From the NCBI GenBank assembly GCA_963822445.1, contig CAWGHO010000003.1, positions 96,001-160,000 of the forward strand: 64,000 nt of DNA, in the 5' to 3' direction. Every line of letters begins with the position of its first letter. Position 1 is the stretch's first letter. Source of the stretch: an uncultured Acidobacteriota bacterium. GTDB lineage: Bacteria > Acidobacteriota > Thermoanaerobaculia > Gp7-AA8. A program made the position numbers and the translations under genes. Of this stretch, positions 1 through 10,172 are shown piece by piece. The notes under the pieces were generated by a model, which was given only the letters and a program-made list of their open reading frames with translations, had not been told where the DNA came from and did not search any database.

Positions 1-1154
1 TTGTTGCGGATGCTGTCGAGCGTCCCGGCGATGTTGGCGATGTCCGACAGCGAGCCGCCGGTGAACGGCGAGATGACTTTTTTGCCGGCGCTGTCGGTGG
101 TCTCGTGGAGGAGGCCGATGCCGCCCGCGCCGCCGCTGACCGGAGTCACGGCGAAGCCGATGTCGCGAATCTTGGTGAGGTTCAGCTCGATCAGCTCCAC
201 CTGCACGACCACTTCGGCTTTGGCCTTGTCGTTCGCTTCGATGATCTTCTCGGCGATGCGGACCTTGTCGGCGGTGTCGCGGATGGTGATGGCGTTGAGC
301 GCCTTCAGAGGGAAGACGTTGCGCGCCTCGATCATCGTCCGGACGACGTTGGTGACCTGCTCGGCGTCGCCGTTCGACAGGTAGAACGTGCGGATGACCA
401 GGTCCTCGTAATCGCGGCGGGCCTGGGGGTTGTCCGGGACGATGATGATGGTCTTCTCGTCGAGGACTTTGTAGAAGTGATTGGCGGCCTGCATCACGCG
501 CTCGAGGGCCTGCTGCGCGGTGACGTCGCGCAGGTCGATGGTGATGCGATCGTCCTTGACGGCCTGATCGAACAGGATGTTGATGCCGAAGGCGTTGCCG
601 AGAGCTTTGTAGATTTCCTTGACGTTCGTGTCGCGCGAGAACGAGAGCGTGATCGGCTCGGTCGACGCGGGATTGAGCTGCGGCGGCTGGGCCTTGCTCA
701 TGTTCGCGGCGGAGCGTTTCTTCACGTCATCTACGGAGACGCGCTCGTTCGCCGCGCGCTGGATGTCGTTCGCGAGCTGCACGGCCTTGGAGAGCTCGAC
801 GGCCGCCCACTGGTTGGTCGGATCGAGCTTGACCGTGAGCTGAAGCTCGGTGATGGCCATCTGCACGAGACGGAACTGGTCGGCGCCGCGCGACGCGACG
901 GCCGAGGCATGCAGGCTCTTCCCCTTGCTGAAGTGAGCGCGGGACGCTTCGCGGCGGGCGCGGTCGAGCGAGATCTTGTACTTCCGGTTCCCCGGGTCGA
1001 CTTCCAGCGCCTTCTCGTACTCCACGACCGCGACGTCCCAGTTCCCGTCGCGCTCCGCGGTTTGTGCGTTCTTGTACGCGTTGTAGCTCGCGCACGAGAT
1101 CGTGAGCGTTGAGATCAACAGCAGCGCCGCTACATTGGTCAATCGTCGATTCAT
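1..1154 (-). CDS. Secretin (GspD/PilQ family) lipoprotein with N-terminal TPR-like region; partial, runs off the window
   Basis: Manual translation from ATG 1154: MNRRLTNVAALLLISTLTISC (lipobox), then EPITLSFSRDTNVKEIYKAL, IRTFYLSN and KAKAEVVVQVELIELN (secretin N domains and start of the secretin domain); follows pilM/N/O-like genes. Absent from the ORF track because no stop lies in the window. Confidence 0.85.
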   Translation of the reverse strand, partial: MNRRLTNVAALLLISTLTISCASYNAYKNAQTAERDGNWDVAVVEYEKALEVDPGNRKYKISLDRARREASRAHFSKGKSLHASAVASRGADQFRLVQMAITELQLTVKLDPTNQWAAVELSKAVQLANDIQRAANERVSVDDVKKRSAANMSKAQPPQLNPASTEPITLSFSRDTNVKEIYKALGNAFGINILFDQAVKDDRITIDLRDVTAQQALERVMQAANHFYKVLDEKTIIIVPDNPQARRDYEDLVIRTFYLSNGDAEQVTNVVRTMIEARNVFPLKALNAITIRDTADKVRIAEKIIEANDKAKAEVVVQVELIELNLTKIRDIGFAVTPVSGGAGGIGLLHETTDSAGKKVISPFTGGSLSDIANIAGTLDSIRN

Positions 1155-1206
1155 TTCGTTTTGTCCTGACTTGTGCTGCTCTTCTGACGCCCTTCGGGCC
1201 CAAACG

Positions 1207-1897
1207 TCACTGCTGCTGACCCAGCGGAATGCGCTGGCGCTGATCGGGCGGGAAACCGACGAAACCGATTTCCGCCGACTCGATGCCGATGTGACGCAGG
1301 ATGAATTTGCCTTCGATGATGTCGCCGACGCGGGCGTTGACGATCTCGCCGTCCCGCGCGAACGTCGCGATCGGGGCTCCGGGCCGGGCCGAACACGCCG
1401 ATGAACTTGTACGTGAACGCCGGCGGCGGAGGCGGAGGAGGAATCGGCGCGACTTCGCCGTCGTCATCGCACGCGGTGCCCTTGCTGTCGCCGTCGACGT
1501 CGCGCTGATCGGGGTTGGCCACGGCGACGCAGTTGTCGCGGAAATCAGGCACGCCGTCCTTGTCCCCGTCGGGCGGTGGCGGTGGAGGAGGTTCCGGTTT
1601 CGGCGGCGGAGGAGGAGGCGGCTCGACGTACGCGAAGATGTTGCGATCGCTCCTGTAGCTGCCGCTCTCCGCTTCGAGAAGATCGATGCGGATCGGGGTT
1701 ACGCCGGGAGTGCGCGAAGCCGCGGTTCTCCGCGCACGAGTGCTGTCGCCAGGCACGCTGGTGTCCTCGGGATCGGTCGTCGTCGCGGGCGTCTCCGCCG
1801 GCGCGTTGTCGGGCGACGCGAAGGTGTAAATGGCGAAGAGGACGATGAGAACCATCGCCACGGCGGACAGCGTCTTCCAGTTCATCCAGTTCATCAC
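1207..1897 (-). CDS. PilP/GspC-position membrane-anchored protein with poly-Pro linkers and a thrombospondin type 3-like Ca-binding repeat; +1 frameshift near 1375
   Basis: N-terminal TM helix; DGDKDGVPDFRDNC...DVDGDSKGTACD; removing one base of a 4-base homopolymer near 1373-1376 joins FIGVFGPARSP to IATFARDGEIVNARVGDIIEGKF of ORF 1207..1467. Confidence 0.65.
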
Positions 1898-2517
1898 AGA
1901 CGGGTATTCGGACCGCTGCTCGCAGTGCGGGCATCGTCCTCGCGGAAAAGCGTCTTCACGAGAAGGCTGAGGTCGAGATTCTGGCCCTCGCGGGCGGCGA
2001 GGCTGATCTGACTGATGATCACGAACTGATGGGACAGCTCGAGGAGGTTGATCAGCCGGCGGACCTGTTCATACGTCCCCTGGACGCCGAAGGTGATGCC
2101 CACCTCGGTCGCGCCGATGGAGGCGCGCTTCACGCGGCGCTGCGGATCCACCGCCGCTTTCTTCACCAGGACGTCGCTCTGGTTGAAGGTGATCGTCGTG
2201 GGAATGAGGCTGCTGGCGACGGTGAGCCGCTTCACTTCCGCGATCATCGCCGTCAGCCGCTCGGACTGCGTGGCCCAGTGCTGGTTGTAGATGCGATCGA
2301 CGTCGGTCTCGATCTGTTTGTAGCCGCGATAGGTCTGCTCCGCGCGAATCCGCGCGGTCCGGGCCTGTTCCAACTGCCCCTCGGCCTGCGCGAGGCGGTC
2401 ATCGAGCGCCTGCAGACGGCTCTGGTACTGCACGCGATAGGTGAAGAAGAAGGCGAGGTTGGCAAAGAGCAGGACGCCGAGGACGATCAGGAGGACCCGT
2501 TTTTCGCGCCAGATCAT
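1894..2517 (-). CDS. PilO/GspM-like alignment protein
   Basis: TM helix, coiled coil, C-terminal GTYEQVRRLINLLE ferredoxin-like motif; operon position. Confidence 0.75.
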   Translation of the reverse strand: MIWREKRVLLIVLGVLLFANLAFFFTYRVQYQSRLQALDDRLAQAEGQLEQARTARIRAEQTYRGYKQIETDVDRIYNQHWATQSERLTAMIAEVKRLTVASSLIPTTITFNQSDVLVKKAAVDPQRRVKRASIGATEVGITFGVQGTYEQVRRLINLLELSHQFVIISQISLAAREGQNLDLSLLVKTLFREDDARTASSGPNTRL

Positions 2518-3116
2518 CGCTTCACCCCGGCGCTGGTCAGAACGTGCGACGCCGGTACTGCCGGCCGGTAGCCGACGTTCAGATTGAACGAGTAGATCCC
2601 TTCGGGCGAAACGGACTCGTTGGTCGGAAACGGGTTATGAAACTGCGTGTCGGCGTGCATCCGGTTGATCGTGTTGATCATGCCGTTGCCCGACTTCGAC
2701 TGGAAAGCCAGAGTCAGATGGATGGTGTTGTCGTCGCCGAACGCCGGTGCCACCGTCAGCAGGCGCACATCCCTGTCGAGCACCGATTCCAGCTCATCGA
2801 GGAGGGCGCTCCAGGAAAACGCGCGCTCGATCAGCTTTGCGTTCACGAACTTCGTCTGTTCGTCGAGGAACGCCAGATCGACGCTGGCAAGACGCGTCTG
2901 CGCGGACTTTTCGAGCTCCTTCTCGCGGCTGTACTGCGCCTCGAGCTCGGCGATCTTCGTGCGAGTGTTCTTCGTCTCGACGTTGTAGCGGAGCCAGGTG
3001 TCGAAGTTGAACCAGGCCAGCACGAGCATCAGCACGAACATCGATGCGGCCACGATCGTGACGGGCGTGTAGTCGCGATAGGGACGCGACGCGAGGTTGA
3101 GATGGATCGGCTTCAC
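2514..3116 (-). CDS. PilN-like alignment protein
   Basis: N-terminal HLNLASRP (INL motif variant), TM helix, coiled coil, WSALLDELE. Confidence 0.75.
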   Translation of the reverse strand: MKPIHLNLASRPYRDYTPVTIVAASMFVLMLVLAWFNFDTWLRYNVETKNTRTKIAELEAQYSREKELEKSAQTRLASVDLAFLDEQTKFVNAKLIERAFSWSALLDELESVLDRDVRLLTVAPAFGDDNTIHLTLAFQSKSGNGMINTINRMHADTQFHNPFPTNESVSPEGIYSFNLNVGYRPAVPASHVLTSAGVKR

Positions 3117-4006
3117 CCGGTGAAAACTCCTGTGCAGGCGGTGAGCTCCGCGTCGAGACCGGACAGGTCGGCGGGCACGTCGTCGACGTAATCGCGAACC
3201 GCGACGCGCCGGACCTGGGTATTGAATTCCTCGGCCAGCACGGCGTGAACGTCATCGCCGCGGCGCCCGGCCACGTAGCAGTTGGTGAAGGTCGCCGCGG
3301 CGAGCGCGTCGCGGAGATAGCTCGCCGAAAGGCGGATCTCCTGCTCCAGGGTTCTGTCTCTGCTCAGATTGCGCGAGCGGATGAAGACCGGATTCGCTCC
3401 ACGGAAAACAGCGGTGGTGAAGTCCTCGTCGCGAACGTAGACGAAGAGGCGATCGTCATTGGTGTCGGCCTCGTGAACCACGATGGCATTCCAGATGTTG
3501 AGACCGACCGGCTCGATCAGGATCACGTCGAGGCCTGCCGCGGCGAAGACGCGCTCGATCGCACTGAGCGTCGCTTCCAGCGCGCTGATGACCAGCACCT
3601 TCGCGCCCTGACCGGAGCGGGAGAGGACCGTGTAGGCAACGCGAAGCTGCTCCGGCGGAATCGGAAGCGTGCGCTTGAGGCTCCAGCGGACCACGTCCAT
3701 CGCATCCGCGGGACGGTCCGGGAGGGAGGGCAGCTCGACGATGTTGATGCGGAACCAGGAGTCGGGAAGCAGGAGCGACACGCGGTCCCACTTGCCGGTC
3801 TCCATCTTCATGCGCCGCAGCGCTTCGACCAGCGAAGCCTCGTTGGTCAGCTGCGGCGTGACCATGCCGGCGGTGAAAGTGTCCGCGGCGAGACGATACG
3901 TCTTCGCGTTGACGACTTTCGGATTCTTCACGCCGCGGCCGAAGCGTGCATGCACGAGACCGTCGGAATCGAGGACGAGGACGTCCGGAGGAAAAGAGCG
4001 GGCCAT
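3113..4006 (-). CDS. PilM/GspL-like cytoplasmic actin-fold protein
   Basis: VSLLLPD, 'VVRWSLKRTLP' and 'FAAAGL' patterns; lies directly upstream of the pilN-like gene. Confidence 0.7.
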   Translation of the reverse strand: MARSFPPDVLVLDSDGLVHARFGRGVKNPKVVNAKTYRLAADTFTAGMVTPQLTNEASLVEALRRMKMETGKWDRVSLLLPDSWFRINIVELPSLPDRPADAMDVVRWSLKRTLPIPPEQLRVAYTVLSRSGQGAKVLVISALEATLSAIERVFAAAGLDVILIEPVGLNIWNAIVVHEADTNDDRLFVYVRDEDFTTAVFRGANPVFIRSRNLSRDRTLEQEIRLSASYLRDALAAATFTNCYVAGRRGDDVHAVLAEEFNTQVRRVAVRDYVDDVPADLSGLDAELTACTGVFTG

Positions 4007-4007
4007 A

Positions 4008-5633
4008 TCAGTCGACGAACGTCACCTTGTTGATCTCTCTCAGCGTGGTCTTGCCCTGGGCGACTTTCAGGAGGGCCGACTCGCGAAGGAAGGTCATGCC
4101 TTCCTCTTTCGCGGCCTTCTTGATCTCTGATGCGGGACGCCGGTCGAGAATCATTCCTCGAATACGATCGGAGAGGTCGAGAAGTTCCGAAATTGCCGAG
4201 CGGCCGTGGAAACCGGTGCCGTTGCATTCGAGACAGCCGGCGCCCTCGTAAAACGTCTTGTTGCGATACTCGGCCGGGTCGAGACCCGACTCGACGAGGA
4301 ACGAGTCCTGGTACTTCGTCTCGCGCTTGCAGTGATCGCAGATCCGGCGCACGAGACGCTGGGCGAGCACGCAGTTCAGCGCGGACACGAAGTTGTAGAG
4401 GTCGACCTTCATGTTCAGGAAGCGGCCCAGAACGTCGACGACGTTGTTCGCGTGAACGGTGGTGAAGACGAGGTGGCCGGTCAGCGCCGACTGCACGGCG
4501 ATCTGCGCGGTCTCTTCGTCGCGGATCTCACCGACCATGATCTTGTCGGGGTCGTGGCGGAGGATCGAGCGCAGGCCGCGGGCGAAGGTGAGGCCCTTCT
4601 TCTCGTTGACCGGAATCTGGGTGATGCCGCGCAGCTGGTATTCGACCGGGTCCTCGATCGTGACGATCTTGTCTTCCGACGACTGGATCTCGGAGAGCGC
4701 GGCGTAAAGCGTGGTGGTCTTGCCCGAGCCGGTGGGACCGGTGACGAGCACCATGCCGTACGGCTCTTTGATGAACTTGCGGAAGCGGACCAGCATCCCC
4801 TCGTCGAAGCCGAGGATGTCCAGGCGGAGGTTCTTGAACTCCTTGGACATCGACTCCTTGTCGAGAATACGGATGACGCAGTCCTCGCCGTGGGCGGTGG
4901 GAATGATCGAGACGCGGAAGTCGATGGTGCGGCCGGTGATGCGCAGCTTGAAGCGGCCGTCCTGGGGGACGCGCTTTTCGGCGATGTCCAGCTCCGACAT
5001 GATCTTGATACGGCTGATGATCGTGGCGTGATGGCGCTTGTCGATCGGCTCGAGGGCTTCGTAGAGCACGCCGTCGATGCGGTACTTGATGACCACCTCG
5101 TTGTCGCGGGTCTCGATGTGAATGTCCGAGGCCCGGCGCTGGATGGCGTTGAAGACGATGGAGTCGACGAGCTTGATGATCGGCGACGTTTCCTGCTGCG
5201 TGATCGAGTCGATCGTGACCGTCTCTTCGCCGTCCTCGTCTTCGGCGACGAGCTGCATGCGGAAGCCTTCCGTGGCTTCGTCGAGAACGCGCTGGGTCGA
5301 CTCGGAGCGCTGCAATTTGTCTCGAATCGCCGCCGGTGAGGCGACCTTGACGATCAGCGGCGCGCCGAGGAGGAGCTCCAGCTCGTCGAGCTTGAGGACG
5401 TCCGTCGGGTCGCCGACGACCACGGAGATGCGATCGTCTTCGCGATGCTCCGGCAGGAACTGATAGCGGATCATCAGGTCGAGCGGGATGTCGCGGAAGA
5501 GCTGGTGATCGCCCTGGAAGTGCTCCAGGTCGACGTACGGGAAGCCGTATTGCTCCGCCAGGCGGCGCGCGCGGGCGGCCTCTCCGGTCGGATCGGCGTT
5601 CTTGTAGAGAGTGCGGTTCGGGTCAGCGACCAT
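4008..5633 (-). CDS. GspE/PilB family assembly ATPase
   Basis: Walker A GPTGSGKTT, TIEDPVEY, LRHDPD, GEIRD, ALTGHLVFTTVH, tetra-Cys CDHC/CLEC. Confidence 0.95.
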   Translation of the reverse strand: MVADPNRTLYKNADPTGEAARARRLAEQYGFPYVDLEHFQGDHQLFRDIPLDLMIRYQFLPEHREDDRISVVVGDPTDVLKLDELELLLGAPLIVKVASPAAIRDKLQRSESTQRVLDEATEGFRMQLVAEDEDGEETVTIDSITQQETSPIIKLVDSIVFNAIQRRASDIHIETRDNEVVIKYRIDGVLYEALEPIDKRHHATIISRIKIMSELDIAEKRVPQDGRFKLRITGRTIDFRVSIIPTAHGEDCVIRILDKESMSKEFKNLRLDILGFDEGMLVRFRKFIKEPYGMVLVTGPTGSGKTTTLYAALSEIQSSEDKIVTIEDPVEYQLRGITQIPVNEKKGLTFARGLRSILRHDPDKIMVGEIRDEETAQIAVQSALTGHLVFTTVHANNVVDVLGRFLNMKVDLYNFVSALNCVLAQRLVRRICDHCKRETKYQDSFLVESGLDPAEYRNKTFYEGAGCLECNGTGFHGRSAISELLDLSDRIRGMILDRRPASEIKKAAKEEGMTFLRESALLKVAQGKTTLREINKVTFVD

Positions 5634-5651
5634 GGTTGTCCAAAAGAAGAA

Positions 5652-6863
5652 TCACCCGGCCTCGCCGACCGAGGAGAGTCGGAAGAGCGGGAGGTAAAAC
5701 GCGTAGAGAAGAAGGGCGATGACGCCGCCCATGATCACCAGGATGATCGGCTCGAGCGCCGCCACCATACGGGAGAGTCTGGCTTCGATTTCCTCGTCGT
5801 AGAACTCGCTTACATTGGCGAGCATTTCCGTGAGGGCACCCGTCGATTCACCGACTTTCATCATCTCGATGGCCAGGTCGCTGATGACGCCCGTGTTGTC
5901 CAGCGAGCGCCACAGTGGCTCGCCTTCGCGGACGTTCTGCACGATCCCCTGAATCTTCGTGGCCACGAGCTGATTGCTGATCGACTGCGAGGCGATCTCG
6001 ATCGCGGGAACCATCGGTGTGCCGCCCGCAAGTAGCGTTCCCAGCGATTGGGTGAACTGCATGATCGCGAAACGGTGCAGCACGCCACCGGCGAACGGGA
6101 TCTTGAGCTTGATGCGGTCCCAGAGCAGGCGGCCGGAGGTCTTGACCCAGTAATTGACGAGGATGAACGCGAGAATCGTCCCGCCGACGACCAGGAGGAT
6201 GTTGTCCCGCAAGGTCGTGGCGATGGTGATCATCACCCGCGTGAACCAGGGCAGCTCGGCGCCGAACCCTTCGAAGAACGTGGCGAACTTCGGGATGACG
6301 AAAGTGATCATCACGAAGATCATGGCCGCCGACAGAAGGATGAGGATGGCCGGGTAGACCATCGCCCCGATCACCCGTTTGCGCAGGTTGACCAGCAGCT
6401 TCTGATAGCGGAGGAAGCGCTTGAGCACGCCTTCCAGGTCGCCGGAGCGCTCACCGGCGCGCAGGGACGTGGCGTAAATCGGCGGAAAGAGGTTGCCGTA
6501 CGAGGCGAACGCGTCGGAAAGGGCGATGCCCGAGGTGATCTTCTCGCGGATGTCGTTGAGGATGTCCCGGAAGCGCTTGTCCTTCTGCCGCTCGAGCATG
6601 ATGTCGAAGGACTGGACGATGGGCAGGCCGGCCCGGACCAGCGCCAGCAGCTCCTGATTGAAGAGAAGGAAGCGCTCGATGGAGATCGCTTTGCCGAAGC
6701 GGGGGAGGTAGTCGCCGAAGGCAAACGCGCCGCGGCGGGCTTCGAAGACGTGCAGACCCTGCCGCTGCATCTCCTCCTGGGCTGCACGGATGGACTCCGC
6801 GCGCACCTGCCGCTCGACGACTTCTCCGTCGGCGGTGCCGACTCTCACGATGAATTCAGGCAT
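5652..6863 (-). CDS. GspF/PilC family platform protein
   Basis: Two T2SSF repeats (AGERSGDL, VGESTGAL, LEPIIL), three TM segments. Confidence 0.93.
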   Translation of the reverse strand: MPEFIVRVGTADGEVVERQVRAESIRAAQEEMQRQGLHVFEARRGAFAFGDYLPRFGKAISIERFLLFNQELLALVRAGLPIVQSFDIMLERQKDKRFRDILNDIREKITSGIALSDAFASYGNLFPPIYATSLRAGERSGDLEGVLKRFLRYQKLLVNLRKRVIGAMVYPAILILLSAAMIFVMITFVIPKFATFFEGFGAELPWFTRVMITIATTLRDNILLVVGGTILAFILVNYWVKTSGRLLWDRIKLKIPFAGGVLHRFAIMQFTQSLGTLLAGGTPMVPAIEIASQSISNQLVATKIQGIVQNVREGEPLWRSLDNTGVISDLAIEMMKVGESTGALTEMLANVSEFYDEEIEARLSRMVAALEPIILVIMGGVIALLLYAFYLPLFRLSSVGEAG

Positions 6864-6944
6864 CTAAGGCTTTCGGTTACCTCGACTTGGACGCGCGAAC
6901 GGGGGAAACGTTCCGGCGAGGCGTGTGCGTAGAACCAAAGAGGT

Positions 6945-7907
6945 TTACCAGTACTTCCACTCCGGAACGACGTGCTTTTCGAAGGAGAAGGGTGCGGCCG
7001 CGCCCGGTTGGACGGTTACCCGCACCCAGCCGACGTCCGGCGACCCCGGAACTTCCATGCGGGTCAGGTTGGGCGCCTTCGGGACGGGGTGGTCCACCTT
7101 GTACTCGTGCTCGTCACCGTGGACCACCAGGACGGGCTTCCCGAAGCGCGCGCTTTCCTCGGCGAGCGTGTCGAGGAACGGCTGGTAGGCCTTGAAGTAC
7201 TCGAGGTTGATGGGCAGGAAGGGGGGACGCGCGTGAAAGGCGATGACCACCGCCGATGCGTTTCCCGCATTGGCGAACGTCTCCCGGATCCACGCCGCGG
7301 CCGCCGCCGTTCGTTCCGTGGCCGCGAGGTCATCCTTGGCGGTGCGGCCGGGGAAGGGCTCGCGCGCGTTCCTGCTGCCGGGGACGTGCACTGTGGCGAA
7401 GATGACTCCCTGCTCCGACCAGCGGACGTTCTCGACATAGCCTGGCTGCCGGGTGAGTGCGATCCGCTTGACGGGATGCTGATAGAGGATCTGCCGCAGC
7501 TTCTCCAGACGTTCCAGAGGCACATACGCACCGACTTGTGGCTCCCAGCAATCGGTCCACTCGTTGTCGCCGGGCGTGTAGATGACCGGATGCCGCAGCG
7601 AGTCGAAGGAATCGCGGCTCTTGACGTACATCGCGTCGCTGCACGGCTTCCAGAAGATGTCGCCGACATGAATGACGGCGCTGAGATCGTGCGCGTCGAT
7701 GTGCCTGAGCAGCAGGCGATATTGCATCTCCTCGTGCCTGTAATAGGGCGCGTCGCCGAGGACGGCGAAGGAGAAGCTTCCCTCCGCTGTGGGCGTGGGT
7801 GCGCTCAGTCCATTGGCGCGGATCACCATAAAAAGAACGACGGCGGCGAGAAGGCCCGCCGCCGTCAGAAGTACTGTCCGCCTGCGCTTGGCGTCAGTCG
7901 ACATCAT
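6945..7907 (-). CDS. Exported calcineurin-like metallophosphoesterase
   Basis: GDAPY, HVGD, PGDNEW, HGDEH motifs; N-terminal signal/TM. Confidence 0.85.
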   Translation of the reverse strand: MMSTDAKRRRTVLLTAAGLLAAVVLFMVIRANGLSAPTPTAEGSFSFAVLGDAPYYRHEEMQYRLLLRHIDAHDLSAVIHVGDIFWKPCSDAMYVKSRDSFDSLRHPVIYTPGDNEWTDCWEPQVGAYVPLERLEKLRQILYQHPVKRIALTRQPGYVENVRWSEQGVIFATVHVPGSRNAREPFPGRTAKDDLAATERTAAAAAWIRETFANAGNASAVVIAFHARPPFLPINLEYFKAYQPFLDTLAEESARFGKPVLVVHGDEHEYKVDHPVPKAPNLTRMEVPGSPDVGWVRVTVQPGAAAPFSFEKHVVPEWKYW

Positions 7908-10158
7908 CCGTCTGCATTGAATAGATGATCACGCGGGGCGCTCCCGGGGGGAGATAGTCGCCGCGTTTGAGCTCTTCCTTGAACCAGAAATCGAGGTTGC
8001 CCGTGCCGGTGATGAGGCCGCCGGCCAGCAGTGCACCATAGACGTCCATGTTGCCCTGGGTGTCGTAAGAGCCTTCGTTGTAAACGAGGCCGTCGATGGA
8101 GGCGGGAATGGTCACGGCCGCGCCGTATTCGTCGTGCGCGTTCGACGTGCACTGGTCGGGGATCTGGGTCTCATTCACGACACCCACGCCGGGGCAGGTG
8201 ATGCTTCCGGCCTTGTGGATCTGGGTCTGGGCATTGCCTGCCTGCCAGCCGACGAGGACGGAGCCCGTGCGGACGGTCGGATAGACCATGTTGAAGTACG
8301 GCTCGTGGGGCTCGGAACAATAGTTCGTGGCCGAGGGAGTGCCGTCATAGTCCGTCGGCGGTACGACGCAGTCGGCGGTGGCGACGGCGCCCAGATCGGG
8401 CTCGGCGTCGGCATGCCAGACCTTCGGAACGTATTGTGACGCGCGCGTCTGGTCTGCGCCCCCGTCGTTGTACGTGACGTTGATCGGGCCGCGAACGACG
8501 ACGTCGAAACGCCGGTTGCCGTTCAGGTCCTGGTAGCTGAACTTGTTGTCCGAAGCCCCCTCGTGGATCATCGCCCCGGTGGTGGCATCGACAGCCCAGT
8601 TGCCGTCGGCATCGACCCGTCTGTACCCGATGTCCCGGAACGGCTCGCCGGGCATCTTGTATTTGGCATTCGGCGCCGAGGTGCCCAGACCGGTGTGACG
8701 GAAATCGCCCGCATTGAGATAAACGAAGCCGCGCATCAGGAACGGATTGGCGACGTCACCGGAGCTCCACGCTATGTTCGGAGTCAGCGCCGGGCTGGGA
8801 TCGCCTTGAGGATTCGAACCGTCGCGCGTATCGAAGAAATAGAAGCCGCCGCCCAGGGCGGCACCGGCCACGGCATTTGACCAATAGCCGACCGTTCGGG
8901 CGGTGCCGACGCCATTGCGCTGGAAGGTGCCGTCGTTCGCCGCGGCGTACTTGAAGTAGTAAATCCCCTTCGTGCCCCGCCCCTGGATGGCGACCTTCTT
9001 CCAGAACGTGTAGTCGATCTTGGGGAAGACGATCTTTTTCTTGGTGGGATAGACGCTGGCGTCCTGGTCCTCGAAGTTGGCGTAGCGTGGATCTCCGATG
9101 TCTTCCTGATCGGTGCGGTCATAGGTCTCGACGGTATTCCCGACGTCATCGGCCGCGCGGAGACCGAACCAGGGATCCACATAGGTGCGTCCGATCACTT
9201 CACTGAGAAAGTTGAAGCCGTCGTAGTCGCTTCCGACCTGAATGGGCCAGACGTTGTCGTCATATCCGCGCTCGATGTGAACCATTTCGTACGGATTGGC
9301 CCAGGGGAGCGTGGACACGGTCTTCGTGTCGACGAGGTCATCTTCGGACTGCTCGACACCCCAGTGAATGTTCGACGATCCGCCGTAGTCGATGCTGCCT
9401 GTCGCGCTCTGCAGCGGTCCGCCGGGGACGGGGACTGGGAACTCGCCGACGATGATGCGCACGATTTTCGAGGTGGTGGCAACCCCGCCCACGAAACGCG
9501 AAGCGGTTGCAGCGATCGTGGCCACGCCAAAACGCGTTCCACCCCTCCAGAACTGGTTGCCCGTGCCGGGATCGGTGTACAGCGAGCCGCCGGAGATCGG
9601 CGGCGCATAAACGCGGATCGAGGTGATCCGCGGACTGGCCGTTGCGCTGTTGAACAGGAAAATGTTGATGTTGTCGATGATCGTCGATGCCGTCGTGGTG
9701 TCGACGATGACGTCGGCATTTCCTTCGACGCCATAGAAGCGGTCGTCGAACTGAGGCTTGTAGGGCTTGTCGAAGAGAACCGTTCCCGCCACCGACTTGT
9801 AGCGGCCGGAATAGTCGCCGGTGGTGGCGCCGAGCGTTCTCAATGTCTTCACCGCGTTGGTATTCTCGGGCATGATCGGCGCGCCATTACGCGTCCGCGT
9901 AGCCGATGGAACGACGTTGCCCCGCGACCAGGTCGGATCCTGAAACCATTCCATGGCCAGCTTCGCCCCCGCCTCGGCCGCGGCCTGCGACTGAATGCCG
10001 TAGGTCTCGTTGACGGCGATCGCGCTTTCAGTCTCGGAGATGGCGACGAATCCCAGGCCGAGCATCGACAGCCCGACCATGATCATCAGGCTCACCAGAA
10101 GGGCCGATCCCTCCTGCGGTTTCCTGTTTGCGCGTGAGCGTCTCATTGAGCGTTTCAT
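7894..10158 (-). CDS. Large PilX-like minor pilin with long extracellular C-terminal region
   Basis: Prepilin leader ...PQEG|SALLVSLMIMVGLSMLG (no Glu5, as in PilX/GspK) and AAAEAGA PilX_N motif; ATG 10158 with GAGG RBS. Confidence 0.75.
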   Translation of the reverse strand: MKRSMRRSRANRKPQEGSALLVSLMIMVGLSMLGLGFVAISETESAIAVNETYGIQSQAAAEAGAKLAMEWFQDPTWSRGNVVPSATRTRNGAPIMPENTNAVKTLRTLGATTGDYSGRYKSVAGTVLFDKPYKPQFDDRFYGVEGNADVIVDTTTASTIIDNINIFLFNSATASPRITSIRVYAPPISGGSLYTDPGTGNQFWRGGTRFGVATIAATASRFVGGVATTSKIVRIIVGEFPVPVPGGPLQSATGSIDYGGSSNIHWGVEQSEDDLVDTKTVSTLPWANPYEMVHIERGYDDNVWPIQVGSDYDGFNFLSEVIGRTYVDPWFGLRAADDVGNTVETYDRTDQEDIGDPRYANFEDQDASVYPTKKKIVFPKIDYTFWKKVAIQGRGTKGIYYFKYAAANDGTFQRNGVGTARTVGYWSNAVAGAALGGGFYFFDTRDGSNPQGDPSPALTPNIAWSSGDVANPFLMRGFVYLNAGDFRHTGLGTSAPNAKYKMPGEPFRDIGYRRVDADGNWAVDATTGAMIHEGASDNKFSYQDLNGNRRFDVVVRGPINVTYNDGGADQTRASQYVPKVWHADAEPDLGAVATADCVVPPTDYDGTPSATNYCSEPHEPYFNMVYPTVRTGSVLVGWQAGNAQTQIHKAGSITCPGVGVVNETQIPDQCTSNAHDEYGAAVTIPASIDGLVYNEGSYDTQGNMDVYGALLAGGLITGTGNLDFWFKEELKRGDYLPPGAPRVIIYSMQTDDVD

Positions 10159-10172
10159 GTTTTTCCTCACCA

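Noticed and set aside
105-6932. Long plus-strand ORFs antisense to the pilus genes (and similar shadow ORFs elsewhere)
   Set aside because: Expected in high-GC DNA; no recognisable motifs, and they overlap well-supported genes on the opposite strand.
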